Source: Limnochordia bacterium
Lineage (GTDB): Bacteria; Bacillota; Limnochordia; DTU080
NCBI GenBank assembly: GCA_050951545.1
Contig: JBMNJG010000006.1
Location: 1 to 64,000 of the forward strand
Reading direction: 5' to 3'
Length of the DNA: 64,000 nucleotides
The position numbers and the translations under genes were made by a program. Shown here one piece after another: positions 29,896 through 41,221 of this stretch (positions within the stretch are counted from its first letter, which is position 1; each line of letters starts with the position of its first letter). The notes beneath the pieces were generated by a model, which saw only the letters and a list, made by a program, of their open reading frames with translations, was not told the origin of the DNA and ran no database searches.

Positions 29896-31176
29896 TCACT
29901 GGACACTGCTCTGCAACAACGCATTAATGCGCTGCTCCATCTCGACAAGCGCTCCAGGAATCGCTCTGTTGCCGTCGACCACCTGACGGAGGATCGGGTT
30001 GATCACACCATAGATGGCGTTCAGGTGCTCAGACACCAGCGTCTGTCGGGCGTTGACTATGCCGTCCACGAACTGCCGCGCATTCGATGGTTTCGGCCCC
30101 ACACTCTCTATGTAATATGGAATAGCTCGCCGCAGAGCGGGTGGGCGACCAGTAGCGGCGCTCAGGAGGCGTATCCGATCGGGACTGAGGGCCACATAGC
30201 GCACGAACTCCCAAGCCTCTGCCTTGTGCTTGCTGTCCTTGAGAATCTGCAAATTGTTGAAACCCACTTCGCGCAGGTTATTGGCTGGGCCAGTAGGCAC
30301 CGATGCGATGTCCCATTCAAAGCTGGGGTTGGATGCCCTCAGTGTAGCGATGTAGAAGGGGCCGTCCACGACGGACATTGCAGCCTTGCCAAGGGTGAAC
30401 CCGTGACCTGAGCGTTCGCCATAGGAGGGAACTACCTTATGCTCATTCCAAAGGCTTGAGAAGAACTCCAATCCCTGGCGGGCTTGCTCAGTATCGATGG
30501 TGGCGCGTCGGGGAGACACGTCCCGATCAAACAGCGCCCCTCCCGCCTGCCATACGTAGATATACCAGTTTTGGTAGGTAGCTGATGTCCAGATCCCAGC
30601 TTGCTTAACGGTCCTGCCGTCACCATATACGGTAAGCCGTTTGGCTGCATTGAGCATGGTCTCCCACGTCCATCGGCCCTGGCGCTGTAGAGCCAATGGA
30701 TTCTCCACACCCCGCTCGGCGAAAAGGTCAACATTGAAGTAGATCTCTCGCGTCTGCGCTGCCAGAGGCATCACATACACGCCGCCATCCCAAGCTATGG
30801 CCTCACCGACGGGCGGGATGAGCAGCGAGTTGATATCAAGCCGCTCTCGATCCAGGTAGGGCTTGAGGTTCTCCAACCATCCACGTTGGGCAAAGGCTGC
30901 GGTCTCCATGCCAATGAGATGCGTCACGTCTGGGGCAGTACCCGCCAATACCATAGTGGTCACACGATCCAAATAGCCAGCACTCGGAACTGTCTGTATG
31001 TCAACGTGGATGTTCGAGGTTGCCTCAAATTCCTGGGCAAAGTGACTGAGCGCATTCGTCATCTGTTCACCATGGGGACCACCGATATAGGTGATTGTAG
31101 TGCGAGCTGCCATCACTGATGCACTACCTAGAAGCAGCAGTAACGTCGTAATCGTGCCTATCGGTTTTCTCAACAA
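29896..31176 (-). CDS. SBP family 1
   Basis: RBS GGGGGGAG; signal peptide; LAGTAPDV, YFNVDLF, WTWE, AEAWEFVRY. Confidence 0.85.
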   Translation of the reverse strand: MLRKPIGTITTLLLLLGSASVMAARTTITYIGGPHGEQMTNALSHFAQEFEATSNIHVDIQTVPSAGYLDRVTTMVLAGTAPDVTHLIGMETAAFAQRGWLENLKPYLDRERLDINSLLIPPVGEAIAWDGGVYVMPLAAQTREIYFNVDLFAERGVENPLALQRQGRWTWETMLNAAKRLTVYGDGRTVKQAGIWTSATYQNWYIYVWQAGGALFDRDVSPRRATIDTEQARQGLEFFSSLWNEHKVVPSYGERSGHGFTLGKAAMSVVDGPFYIATLRASNPSFEWDIASVPTGPANNLREVGFNNLQILKDSKHKAEAWEFVRYVALSPDRIRLLSAATGRPPALRRAIPYYIESVGPKPSNARQFVDGIVNARQTLVSEHLNAIYGVINPILRQVVDGNRAIPGALVEMEQRINALLQSSVQ

Positions 31177-31358
31177 AAATATCTCCCCCCCGTAATATGG
31201 AAGACTATTTCATTGCTTAGTTGCACGCGGGCGCCTTCTTCCCTCTTGATGCAGATGCCCTGGTCACTATGACAAATGGACCAAACGACCTACGGCAAGC
31301 GCCATAAGCACTCAAATGCCATTTTTGACACAGGTCTTTCGAGTCCTTCTGTCGGCAG

Positions 31359-31404
31359 GCTCCTGGGAAGGACACAACCGGACGGTATCGATAGGTTTTC
31401 CCCA
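31359..31404 (+). repeat. Solitary degenerate copy of the core of the 407-bp repeat unit
   Basis: GCTCCTGGGAAGGACACAACCGGACGGTATCGATAGGTTTTCCCCA matches the unit at 27628 at 36 of 46 positions without gaps. Confidence 0.65.
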
Positions 31405-31579
31405 GATTGAGTGCCCGGGGCAATCTGGCAGCTTACCACTGCGAACCCGCTGCACTCCCCAGGATGCCATGGCCGGTCTTTCCGTTTCAGCAGGAGAACT
31501 CGAGTCGAGGAATCCCAACGTACAGAGGACTAGGGAGTCCAGAGGCAGTACCCTAGGGATGGGCGAATGCATATGCGTA

Positions 31580-33684
31580 CTAGCGTGAGTTTCCTACTTA
31601 CGGCGCCGAATCATGCTTAGATGGCAGGACATAGGTGGGTCTAGGGCTCGTTGGTTGTTGTGGATAAACTGTCTAGCTGGTCTTAAGCTCCGTCAGGGGG
31701 TGACAGGGTCTTCGTATAAGCACGGAATGATCTGTATTACCCCAAGAACCCAGTCGTTTTGGCTTCGCGGAAGATCCGCGTTTTTCCCACTACTGGGCCG
31801 TAAAAACTGTTTGGTCGCCAGGAGGATTTGGCGTTTTGACTGCGAATGACGTATTACCCTTGTTTGAGGTGGTGCGTCGATGGCTTCGATCATCAAGAAA
31901 CGCAAAGGCCAACCAAGTCTATTACTACGCTGCCCAGTGTCAGCGCGTAAATGGCAAGCCGCGCATTGTATGGCAGAAGTACTTGGGCAAGCTGGAAGAT
32001 ATCGTGGCCAAAATGTCCGACCACGACGTGCCCAAGCCCTATGCCGCTCATGTGTTTCAGTTCGGTGCTGTAGCGGCCCTCTATCACATAGCACAGCGTC
32101 TTCAGCTTGTGGATAAGATTGATCGGCATGCGCCAAAACGAGCGCAAGGAGGCACAGTAGGCGAGTATATGCTGGTGGCCGCCATTAACCGTGCCGCCGA
32201 TCCCAAAAGTAAGCGCCAAATCGGCGAATGGTTTGAGGGTACCGCTTTGCGCCGTTTTCTCCCCCACATGAACGCAAAAACGTTGGCCAGTCAACGTTTT
32301 TGGGACCACATGGGTTACCTGGACCAGAAGAAAATCCAAGCCATCGAGAAAGACCTGACGGAACACATGGTCAAGGTATTCGATCTCGACCTGCAGGCTG
32401 TCGTGTACGATGCCACCAATTTCGTGAGTTACATCGATACAGGTTCTGAATCCGAATTGGCACAGCGTGGCAACAGCAAGGCTAAGCGGCACGATCTGAA
32501 GCAGATAAGTCTTGCACTTATGGTTACTATGGATTACCACATCCCCCTCTTCCACGACGTGTATCCCGGCAACAGACCAGACGCAGTTCAGTTCGCCTCC
32601 GTCACCGAACAGCTTGTGGAGCGCTACAAGCTACTCGCCAAACACTGCGAGCACATCACCATCGTCTGGGATAAGGGCAACAACTCCAAGAGCAACCAAC
32701 AGGCCTTTGATGCGCAAGCTTCCTACCACGTTGTCGGCTCTTTGTCGCCCAGTCAGCACCTGGATCTACTGGCACAGGCATCCGTGAGTTTTGGGCCCAT
32801 GAAAGGCGAATACATTGGCCACAAAGCCTTTCGAACTCGCCGGCTCGTGATGGGCAAAGAGCGCACCGTAGTGGTGGTTTTCAACCCGGCACGTTCGTTG
32901 GGGCAGCAGCAAGGATTATTGACAAAAACTGAAAAAGGCCGAGAAGGCATTGCGAGAGCTATGCAAGAAGCTCGAGCGACGCCGCGTCGGGGAAGTTAAG
33001 AGTGGCCGAGCCCCCACCTACGAAAGCATTGAAAAACAAGTTAGTGACATTCTCAAAGACCCGGAGGTTCGAGCTGTCATTCAAACCAAGCTCACCGGCG
33101 GCGATATTGTGCCTGAGCTGGTCTTTGAGATCGACCAGCAGTCCATCAATGCCATGGTTGAGCAGCGCTTTGGCAAACTGATTCTCTTCAGCGACAACCA
33201 GGACTGGACCAACGAAGAGATTCTTGCTGCCTATCGCGGACAGTTTCATATCGAAGACGCTTTCAAGCAGATGAAGGATCCGCATTTCGTCGGCTGGAGC
33301 CCCATGTTCCACTGGACAGATTCGATGATCCGCGTGCATGCATTTTACTGCGTAATCGCCCTGACTCTTAGCTCGCTACTATGGCGAGAGGTCTGCCACC
33401 AATTCACGGCGGCCAACAAAGCAGAACAGGCACCCAAGAGCATTCCCGCCTTGCTTGAGAGCCTTGAGGGCATCGCCGAGGTGGCGCACATCTACCCGCC
33501 ACAAATGAACATCCAGGATCACCTCACGCTGTCGCAGATGAATCAGCAGCAAAAGACGCTTTTCGCCACCCTAGGCTTGGAGCGCTTTGCCCCGAGGTGT
33601 GGTAATACACCGCCATAGCCGAAAAGGCCCATAACTAAGCAGTTTCCGGGCCCTTGCGATTCATAACTAGGAAACTCACGCTAG
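31580..33684 (+). mobile_element. IS1634-family insertion sequence, full length
   Basis: Terminal inverted repeats CTAGCGTGAGTTTCCTA (from 31580) and TAGGAAACTCACGCTAG (to 33684) enclose the transposase. Confidence 0.88.
31880..33618 (+). pseudogene. IS1634-family DDE transposase with two +1 frameshifts (~31905 and ~32925)
   Basis: MASIIKKRK/NQVYYY...RVNGKPRIVWQKYLG N-terminus; DDE motifs VVYDATN, IVWDKGN, HIEDAFKQMK; FHWTDSMIRVHAFYCVIAL. Confidence 0.85.
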
Positions 33685-33688
33685 GGGG

Positions 33689-34384
33689 GTGCAGTGTCCA
33701 CGCCCTTACGTCCGACAGACCATCTACACTGGTGAGCCCAACGAGCGGGTGCTCTGCGTTGTAGGCGACCTAGACGGAGACCGCATACCTGAGATTGTGA
33801 TTGGTGCCCGACATCCCCGAGCCGAGCTATTCTGGCTTGGCCGTACTGCAGATGGCACCTGGCAACGTTACGATATGGACACCAGCTTCGGCACTCTTGA
33901 GGCTGGCGGCGTACTCTACGATGTTGATGGCAACGGGGATCTCGACTTCATCGCTGGCCAAGACGGCTGGGGTGACCTGCTCTTCTGGTGGGAGTGCCCC
34001 GAGGACCCCACACCGCCCTGGATTCGCCGAGTGATCTGCCAGATGCCAGACAGAAAATGCCACGATCAGCTCGTTGCCGACCTTGGTGGGGACGGTCGTC
34101 CTGAGCTCTACTTCTGGAATCAGGGTTCCAAGACGCTGTTTACAGTACCTATTCCCGAAGACCCGCGCGTCTGCCCGTGGCCCGGGATCCGCCCCGTTGT
34201 GGAAGGTGTGCTGGAAGAGGGGCTGGCTGTGGCCGATGTGGACGGCGATGGACGCCTGGAGCTTACCGCAGGGCAATCATGGTACAAGCCGCCGCGTGAC
34301 CGGAGAGGAATCTGGGAGCGCCATGTTTTCGCTACTGGCTTCGTCTCTACGCGAGTAGCCGCAGCGGACCTCGCTAGAATATAG
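33689..34384 (+). pseudogene. FG-GAP/VCBS repeat (beta-propeller) protein, probably C-terminally truncated
   Basis: Repeats GDLDGDRIPEIV, DVDGNGDLDFI, ADLGGDGRPEL, ADVDGDGRLEL; ends abruptly at the next AADL. Confidence 0.7.
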
Positions 34385-34797
34385 GCTGCTGCCACGAGTA
34401 GTGTCGCTGGCAGGGCGGTTTGGTCGGCCTCTTCAGGACGACTTACCAGGCATCCAGCTGCAGCAAACAATGCTGAGTAGACAGCACGTAGAGGCCATTG
34501 GTCCACGTCCTTGGCGGCCCAGGTAATGCGACTGGCTGACATGATCAATGATCATACTCATGGCGAATATCGCCGTCTCTACCGCCACTCATCCCGACAC
34601 GAAGGAAACCATGCCCTGTCTATCTAAGCTACACTATACAGTCCAGCGAGCAGCTACCTTTCATGAGGTAGGTCACAAGCGATGGGTCACATGCCAGCCC
34701 CTAGCTGCCCCACAGCATAGTAACGAAGCTAAAATAGCCCATATAGATGATGCATTGTATTATTGGTGAATTCTTTTCACAAGGAGGTGCACACGCT

Positions 34798-36693
34798 ATG
34801 GGTCGATTTGGTGGCCCCGAGGGCTTTTCAGGTGGATACGGAGAAAGATTCAGAGGCTCTTACCGCGGCGGCGACCCCGCTGATGAGCGAAAGAGCGATG
34901 TCGACTGGCACGAAGTGCGCCGCGTCTTAACGTACCTGAAACCATACAAGTGGCAGATCGCCCTGGTTCTGCTCAGTATCGGTGTAGGCAGCGTGCTCTC
35001 TTTGGTGCCGCCACAGCTGATTCGGGCCATCATCGACAGGGCTCTCGCCCAGCGCAATGCGCGATTGCTGAATCTACTGTCACTGGGTAGCATCGCCTTG
35101 GCTGTAGTCAGCGCCCTCTTAAGCGTAGGGCGCACCTACCTTATCACTTGGACCTCGCAACGCATCATGCTTGATCTGCGTGCCCAACTGTATGAACGCC
35201 TGGCCCACATGACTCTGCGCTTCTACACTCTGACCCGCCCTGGCGATATCATCACACGTCTCAACAACGATGTAAGTGGAGTGCAAGGCCTGATCAATGT
35301 CATCGTCGTGACGATCGTGACCAACGTGATCACGCTGGTTACCACTCTTATCGTGATCTTTGCCATGAACTGGCAGCTGGCTGTGCTGGCAGTGATCCTG
35401 GTACCCTTGTTCGTACTACCGGTACGCCGAGTGGGACGGATTCGACGTGCCCTTACTCGGATGATGCAGGAGAAGAGGTCTGATCTCAACAGCTTCATCC
35501 ACGAGACCCTCGGAATCAGCGGCTACCTCTTGACCAAGGTCTTCGGGCGGGAAGAACTACAGCAGGAACGCTTCACCGAGAAGAACCTAGACCTCATGGA
35601 ACTATCCATCCGTCAGGCCATGGTCGGCCGCTGGTTCTTTGCCATGCTGGGCGTGCTAGGGGCTTTCGGAAGCGCTATCATCTGGTGGTCTGGCGGGCAT
35701 TTACACTTCAGACACGGCCTGTCCTTGGGGACGATTGTGGCCTTTACCGCCTACTTAGGCAGGCTGTATGGCCCTGTACGCAGTTTAGCCAATGTACGCG
35801 TGGAATTCGTCCGCAGCATGGCCCATTTTGAGCGCCTTTTCGAGTACATCGATGCCTCTCCTGAGATCGTTGACGGCGAGCGAGAGCTGACATCGCCTAA
35901 AGGTAGCCTGGAATTCTCAAGCGTCACCTTCTCCTACGAACCTGATGGCAAACCAGCCCTGAAGGATGTGAGCTTCGCTGCACCTGCGGGGCGTATGGTA
36001 GCCCTTGTGGGTCCCAGCGGCGCTGGAAAGACAACCATCACCTATCTCATTCCCCGCCTTTATGACCCAAGTGTGGGTCAGGTGCTCGTTGATGGAGTCA
36101 ATGTGCGCGAGTTCACGCTTACCTCCTTGCGACGACACATCGGCATGGTCACGCAAGAGACCTTCCTGTTCCATACCACCGTGCGAGAGAATCTGCTCTT
36201 TGCGAATCCTGATGCCACAGACGAACAGCTCGAGCAAGCCTGCCGCCAGGCCGACATTCATGAGCGAATCGTAGCCCTACCCGAGGGGTATGAGACGACG
36301 GTCGGTGAAAGGGGCTTCAAACTCTCCGGAGGCGAGAAGCAGCGCCTCGCCATCGCCCGAGTCATCCTCAAACAGCCTCGCATCTTGATCCTTGACGAAG
36401 CTACTTCCTCCCTGGACTCTGAGTCTGAGGCTCAGGTCCAGGCGGCCTTGGAGCGCCTTATGGTGGGCCGGACCAGCATCGTCATCGCCCACCGACTTTC
36501 CACCATCCTTGCAGCCGATCTGATACTAGTGCTACATGAGGGCCGGATAGTCGAACAAGGAACTCATGCGCAGTTGCTCCAAGAGGCAGGGCTCTATAGC
36601 CGCCTGTTCCATCAGCAGTTTGCCAGAGGCCTTGAGCTCAACGGTATCTCTGGCGAGTCTCATAGGGGTCGGCGACGAGCCGCTGAGAACTGA
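34798..36693 (+). CDS. ABC exporter, fused permease/ATP-binding protein (MsbA/Atm1-like)
   Basis: RBS AAGGAGGTG; multiple TM helices; GPSGAGKT, LSGGEKQR, ILILDEATS, IAHRLST. Confidence 0.92.
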   Translation: MGRFGGPEGFSGGYGERFRGSYRGGDPADERKSDVDWHEVRRVLTYLKPYKWQIALVLLSIGVGSVLSLVPPQLIRAIIDRALAQRNARLLNLLSLGSIALAVVSALLSVGRTYLITWTSQRIMLDLRAQLYERLAHMTLRFYTLTRPGDIITRLNNDVSGVQGLINVIVVTIVTNVITLVTTLIVIFAMNWQLAVLAVILVPLFVLPVRRVGRIRRALTRMMQEKRSDLNSFIHETLGISGYLLTKVFGREELQQERFTEKNLDLMELSIRQAMVGRWFFAMLGVLGAFGSAIIWWSGGHLHFRHGLSLGTIVAFTAYLGRLYGPVRSLANVRVEFVRSMAHFERLFEYIDASPEIVDGERELTSPKGSLEFSSVTFSYEPDGKPALKDVSFAAPAGRMVALVGPSGAGKTTITYLIPRLYDPSVGQVLVDGVNVREFTLTSLRRHIGMVTQETFLFHTTVRENLLFANPDATDEQLEQACRQADIHERIVALPEGYETTVGERGFKLSGGEKQRLAIARVILKQPRILILDEATSSLDSESEAQVQAALERLMVGRTSIVIAHRLSTILAADLILVLHEGRIVEQGTHAQLLQEAGLYSRLFHQQFARGLELNGISGESHRGRRRAAEN

Positions 36694-36700
36694 TCTTGCG

Positions 36701-37549
36701 TCATGAGTCTCCATTGGACAATCCGGTCACGGCCTCAGCGATCTTCTCCAGGTTCTCGTTGACCTTGCTTCCCATGTCTGATGTCAGCACCGTGATCAGA
36801 CAGTCAACCACCAGCAGTTGGGTGATACGCGAGGTAGTAGCGAAGCTGTGAAACGGCAGTTCGTCTGACGCAGTCAACAACAAGACATCCGCTGCTTGGA
36901 CGATCCTGGAGGCCATGTTGTTCGTGACGGCAATGGTGAAGGCACCCCGTTCACGGCCAATACGCAACAGGTTCACGATATCCAACGTATTTCCCGAATG
37001 GGAGAAGGCCATGACCACGTCATCTGATGTGGCCAGAGCCATGTGTATGGCCATATTCTGAGACTGGTCATCATACAAAGCGGTGATCCCCAGCCGAGCT
37101 AGCTTGATCTGGGAATCGCGGGCCACCACTCCAGACGTGCCTGCACCCAGGAGATAAACACGCGAAGCTTGCCTAATCCGCTCCGCCGCCAACACCAGAT
37201 GCTCCTCAGAAAGCACCCGCTGGGTACTGCGAATCGATGTCACTGCCCTCTCAAACGTATGATCAAGTTTGCCTTGCAGCGATGCATCAGCGACCTGCAC
37301 GCGATGCGGCTCCGACGCCTGCGACGCAAGAGCGATTCTGAGTTTGAGTTCCTTGAAACCACTGTACCCAATGGATTGGCAGAAGCGCACAATGCTGGCG
37401 TCACTGACACCCACTCGATCAGCCAATTCCCTGGCCGTGAGGTAGATCACCTCCGACTCATTATTCAGGATGTATTGGGCAATAGCCCGCTCGGATGGAG
37501 TCATGGCCTCCACTCTCTGAAGAATGGCCCTCAGCGAGTTCTCATTCAA
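36701..37549 (-). CDS. MurR/RpiR-family transcriptional regulator
   Basis: HTH ELADRVGVSDASIVRFCQSIGYSGFKELK plus SIS domain (FSHSGNT); adjacent to murQ. Confidence 0.9.
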   Translation of the reverse strand: MNENSLRAILQRVEAMTPSERAIAQYILNNESEVIYLTARELADRVGVSDASIVRFCQSIGYSGFKELKLRIALASQASEPHRVQVADASLQGKLDHTFERAVTSIRSTQRVLSEEHLVLAAERIRQASRVYLLGAGTSGVVARDSQIKLARLGITALYDDQSQNMAIHMALATSDDVVMAFSHSGNTLDIVNLLRIGRERGAFTIAVTNNMASRIVQAADVLLLTASDELPFHSFATTSRITQLLVVDCLITVLTSDMGSKVNENLEKIAEAVTGLSNGDS

Positions 37550-37618
37550 CCACTCGTCACTCCCTATGCCCTACCCCTGGCCGATACAGTACCCTCGTTT
37601 GCATCCGGATACCGTCAG

Positions 37619-38507
37619 CTACCTTTTCTCTGCCTCAGCGCGACCCAACGCTCCCCGAAGGGATCCTTGGGTCTGCGCCAGCAGCTTTCGAGCGCTTTCG
37701 AGATCACGTGTCCGTAGTAGCAGCGCGGCCAGTCTCAGGTCTCCTTGCGCGAACTCGAGCGCCTGATGACACGTCTGTTCGTCCTCATCAGAGATCTCCC
37801 TGAGAATCGCTAGAGCCCGCTTTTGGCACTTTGCGTTCCGGCTGGTCATGGCCACCATGAGATTATCATAGACGAGTCCTAAGCGCACAGCCATCGTCGT
37901 GCTGAGCATGGTCAGCACCATCCGTTGGGCTGTGGCTGCCTTCATGCGGGTAGATCCTGTGACCACTTCAGGACCCGTGGGAACTACCACCGTAACGTCG
38001 GCCGCCATGGTTGTTTGGTTGCAGGCTATGAGAACGGTGCCAGCACCCTGCTTCTTGGCATACTCCAACCCGCCGCGCACAAAGGGTGTCGTACCGCTAG
38101 CTGATAGGCCCACGACAACGTCATTTGCGCCTACGCCCAGCGTCTTCTAGCTGAGTGGCCGCATCCGCGGCCTGGTCCTCAGCCAACTCATTTGCCTGAA
38201 ACACGCTCTGTGGTCCGCCAGCCACAACCACCACAATACGTTCAGAGGGCAGCCCGTAGGTGGGCGCCAACTCAGCAGCATCCGCGACGGCCAAACGAGC
38301 GCTCGTACCAGCACCGATATACACCACTCGGCCCCCCGCTTTATACCGGCTAACAAGAAGCTCCACGGCCTGAGCAATTTCCTCCAGCGCCTCACGCACC
38401 AGTGAAGCAATGGTTTGATCTTCGTCGTTGATCAGTGTCAGGATTTGCGGAGTTGACATGAGATCAAGCCCGGACGAACGCGGATTGCGATCCTCAGTTG
38501 TCAGCAC
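37619..38507 (-). pseudogene. murQ: N-acetylmuramic acid 6-phosphate etherase, one frameshift near 38145
   Basis: LTTEDRNPRS..LD, YIGAGTSARL, GLSASGTTPFV, TGPEVVTGSTRMKAATAQ, VYDNLMV, split over two frames. Confidence 0.88.
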
Positions 38508-38550
38508 TAACCAGCACCCACCTTTGGAGAGCAGATTCCCACCCTCGCTG

Positions 38551-40857
38551 CTACGGCCGACCCAGCTCTACCATCGCTGCACTTCGCCCTGGCACCGTCA
38601 ACATGACGTCAGCCCAGGAACCCTTCCTAGAGCGCACTTCTACAGCGACTCCGGCACCCGTTAGGTCTTTGCCCGTAATCTGCACCGAGTCGGGTACCTC
38701 TACCCTGTACGTTGCCTCGCGTGTCTTCTCGGAAAGGTTAGCCACCGCAAACGCCTGGCTCCCCGCCAAGCTGCGCCACAAAGAGGCCATGAGGCATGGA
38801 AGCTGAACTGTGTGCGCTTGGCCAGGTCTGTAATACCAGTTCGTCGTCAGAACCTCCATTGGCGTCAAGGCCACTGGAGGACGGCACATATGCCCCTCGA
38901 TGAGATACTCACGGCCCGAAGCGAAAGCGCGACACACACTGTCGAGGAACTCAGCGTCACTGGTGTGTTCAGCGCTCAGAAGCTTCTCGGCAACAGAGTT
39001 GCGAATCCAGCCCAGCTGACAGCCCCACACAAGCATCTGGGCGATCTTTGCAGCAAAGGCCTCTGGCTGTTGGAGATCGGCATCATAGAAAGCCCTGCCA
39101 AACGTGATGACATAGCCGCTATAGACGGCAGCGAACAGCGGCACTTGGTAATCCGGGCAAGGCATCCACATCAGATAGGCTGGTATACCAGCCATGAACG
39201 GTTCGGCGTTGGACTCGGTGGTGAGGGCCAAGCGGTCCCCGCCAGAGGCATTCAGCTTGTGGATCTTCTCCAGCATTGCCTCATAGCCACGAATGCCATA
39301 GTCCCCACCTCCTAGGGCATGCCCGTGGTCTGGAGCGAAACAGACAGGCGGTGCGCCACAGGCTACCTGATCGAGGTAGACAGCGCCGATGCCCAGCTGC
39401 TCCCGCATGGCTTCAACGGTGCTGGCCACCTTGTCTTGCCAGTACTCCGTAGCGCTGCACATCGGCACTAGGTATTGCTGATTCGCGTACTGCTCGTAGA
39501 GCATCGGGTAGTGATAGGGTTCACAGCGTGGAGAGGCCTTGCGAGCACAGAAACGGGCAGCGTCATCCTGTTGCCAGGTCTGGCTGTTCGGATCAGCAAG
39601 ACGCGCGTTGATATAGGGCATGACCTTCACGCCTGCGGCATCAAGGCGGCCCACCTGCTCAGCGAAACCTTCCTTCGCAGGCAGATAATCAGGAAACGAA
39701 GTGTTGAAGGGAATGCAATGCCAGTTGTACCAGTGGACCCCGGTGGGATAGGGGAAGCGCTTATGTAGAGCTAGAGCCACATCCCCCACTTCCTCTACGG
39801 CCACCTCCCGCTCAGTGGAGAGCGTTCCTGTATCCTTTCCGGAAGACAGGCACCACCACAGCACCGTATCTTTGAGCCACTCCGGAATGTCTTGGCGCTC
39901 CTTCACCGGGCCTTTGCGGGCCCAAAACTGCTCCAGTGCCCAGTCGCGGTAGAGCCCAGCAGCGTCGTACCAATCCCCTGTGAACAACCCAATCACGAGG
40001 CCTTCCATATGCGTCTCGGCCTGCACTCGGGCCATGTCTTCGGGCATGTGACTCACGGACATGTCGATCGTGCTACTCCGCGCGTCTGTAACGGCCCGAA
40101 ACGTCTTAGGCCGGGCTGTGGGATCGTGCCAGCCTAAGTACAGGCCATTCTCCCCACTGTGAAAGGCCATAAACTGCATGCAGCAACGGTGGCTCGGGTA
40201 GGTAGCTGTCCAGTTCATCTGTCTGTGAGCAGGTCGTGGCACGTACCATCCCCAATCGGCTGGTAACGTAAGGTGTTCATCCTCTCTATCGCCGTCCACC
40301 CTATGCACGTTTCCTGCCCTGGGAAAGACCACCTGCCACAATGTGTAGCACATGCTCCTGTTCCATACATGCCAGGACCACCGCGTCAACGGCTCGTCCT
40401 TGGCAAGACATACGCGCACCTCCACGTCGACCGTGTCAGTATCCGGAGAGCTGTCAACAGCTGCCGCAACCTCCAAGGAACCATACCGGGCGAGGCGCAG
40501 CGACAGCTCCTTCCAGCGGAGTGTGACAGTCAACTGATCACCCTCAGGGCCCTGCGTAACCTCATGGCTGAATCGGCTTGGCGACTGGTTGGTGAGCGTG
40601 GCTCGGAAAGCGTCCCGATCGCGCCACTCCATCTCCCACCAGACATCATCAGAGCCTCTCGACAAGCCGAAGATCGCATCACGCTTTCCGTCCGAAACAG
40701 CGCACAACTGCCAGGCATCACGGTCGTGTTCCCGCCGGAATTCAACACCTATCAGACCGTTACTCACCCACAAACGCTTGCTGTCATCCATAACGTCAAA
40801 GTGTGAGCATCTTGGCACATGCAACAACCTCCTACTACACGGCCTGGCACAGAGCAA
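38551..40857 (-). CDS. DUF6259-like putative glycoside hydrolase (start uncertain)
   Basis: GDWYDAAGLYRDWA, HWYNWH..PF...FPDYLPA, GVKVMPYINARL, GAVYLDQVA, TTESNAEPF; upstream of murQ on the same strand. Confidence 0.65.
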   Translation of the reverse strand: MLCARPCSRRLLHVPRCSHFDVMDDSKRLWVSNGLIGVEFRREHDRDAWQLCAVSDGKRDAIFGLSRGSDDVWWEMEWRDRDAFRATLTNQSPSRFSHEVTQGPEGDQLTVTLRWKELSLRLARYGSLEVAAAVDSSPDTDTVDVEVRVCLAKDEPLTRWSWHVWNRSMCYTLWQVVFPRAGNVHRVDGDREDEHLTLPADWGWYVPRPAHRQMNWTATYPSHRCCMQFMAFHSGENGLYLGWHDPTARPKTFRAVTDARSSTIDMSVSHMPEDMARVQAETHMEGLVIGLFTGDWYDAAGLYRDWALEQFWARKGPVKERQDIPEWLKDTVLWWCLSSGKDTGTLSTEREVAVEEVGDVALALHKRFPYPTGVHWYNWHCIPFNTSFPDYLPAKEGFAEQVGRLDAAGVKVMPYINARLADPNSQTWQQDDAARFCARKASPRCEPYHYPMLYEQYANQQYLVPMCSATEYWQDKVASTVEAMREQLGIGAVYLDQVACGAPPVCFAPDHGHALGGGDYGIRGYEAMLEKIHKLNASGGDRLALTTESNAEPFMAGIPAYLMWMPCPDYQVPLFAAVYSGYVITFGRAFYDADLQQPEAFAAKIAQMLVWGCQLGWIRNSVAEKLLSAEHTSDAEFLDSVCRAFASGREYLIEGHMCRPPVALTPMEVLTTNWYYRPGQAHTVQLPCLMASLWRSLAGSQAFAVANLSEKTREATYRVEVPDSVQITGKDLTGAGVAVEVRSRKGSWADVMLTVPGRSAAMVELGRP

Positions 40858-41098
40858 GTCCTGCTACTGTAGCCCGCCTACGTACTGTTCCGTTGCCGTA
40901 AGGTTACTACACGCCTCGCATAGCTGTCAACGAGCCAGTGACCACAAAAGCCTGAGGCTAGCATTGACTGCCGACGGCTATTGAGGCTCGGTGCGAACAG
41001 CCTAGCCACACATGCCCGCTGTGTCGCCCCTGCCCTACCCCAGCGAACATAGTTCCATCATTTCACTAAAACGGCCATCTCGAGATCTATTGTCGGAC

Positions 41099-41128
41099 TT
41101 GACGTCACACAACGCACTATGGTAGCAT
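41099..41128 (+). promoter_or_regulatory. Candidate sigma-A promoter of the SBP-namZ unit
   Basis: TTGACG-18 nt-TAGCAT with TG extended -10. Confidence 0.4.
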
Positions 41129-41221
41129 TGCTACAGATACGGTTGTACATGTAGGCTTGGTGACACCGCTCTGCTAAGGCAGCCCAACCCCCCCAAAAAA
41201 CCACAAAGAGGAGTGTTGACC

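Noticed and set aside
32915-32940. Programmed -1 frameshift in the transposase
   Set aside because: IS1634 transposases are single-ORF, and a second indel exists near the start; mutation or sequencing error is more parsimonious.
34798-36693. Cognate transporter for the orphan SBPs
   Set aside because: It is a fused exporter-type ABC protein, not a binding-protein-dependent importer permease (no EAA loop).
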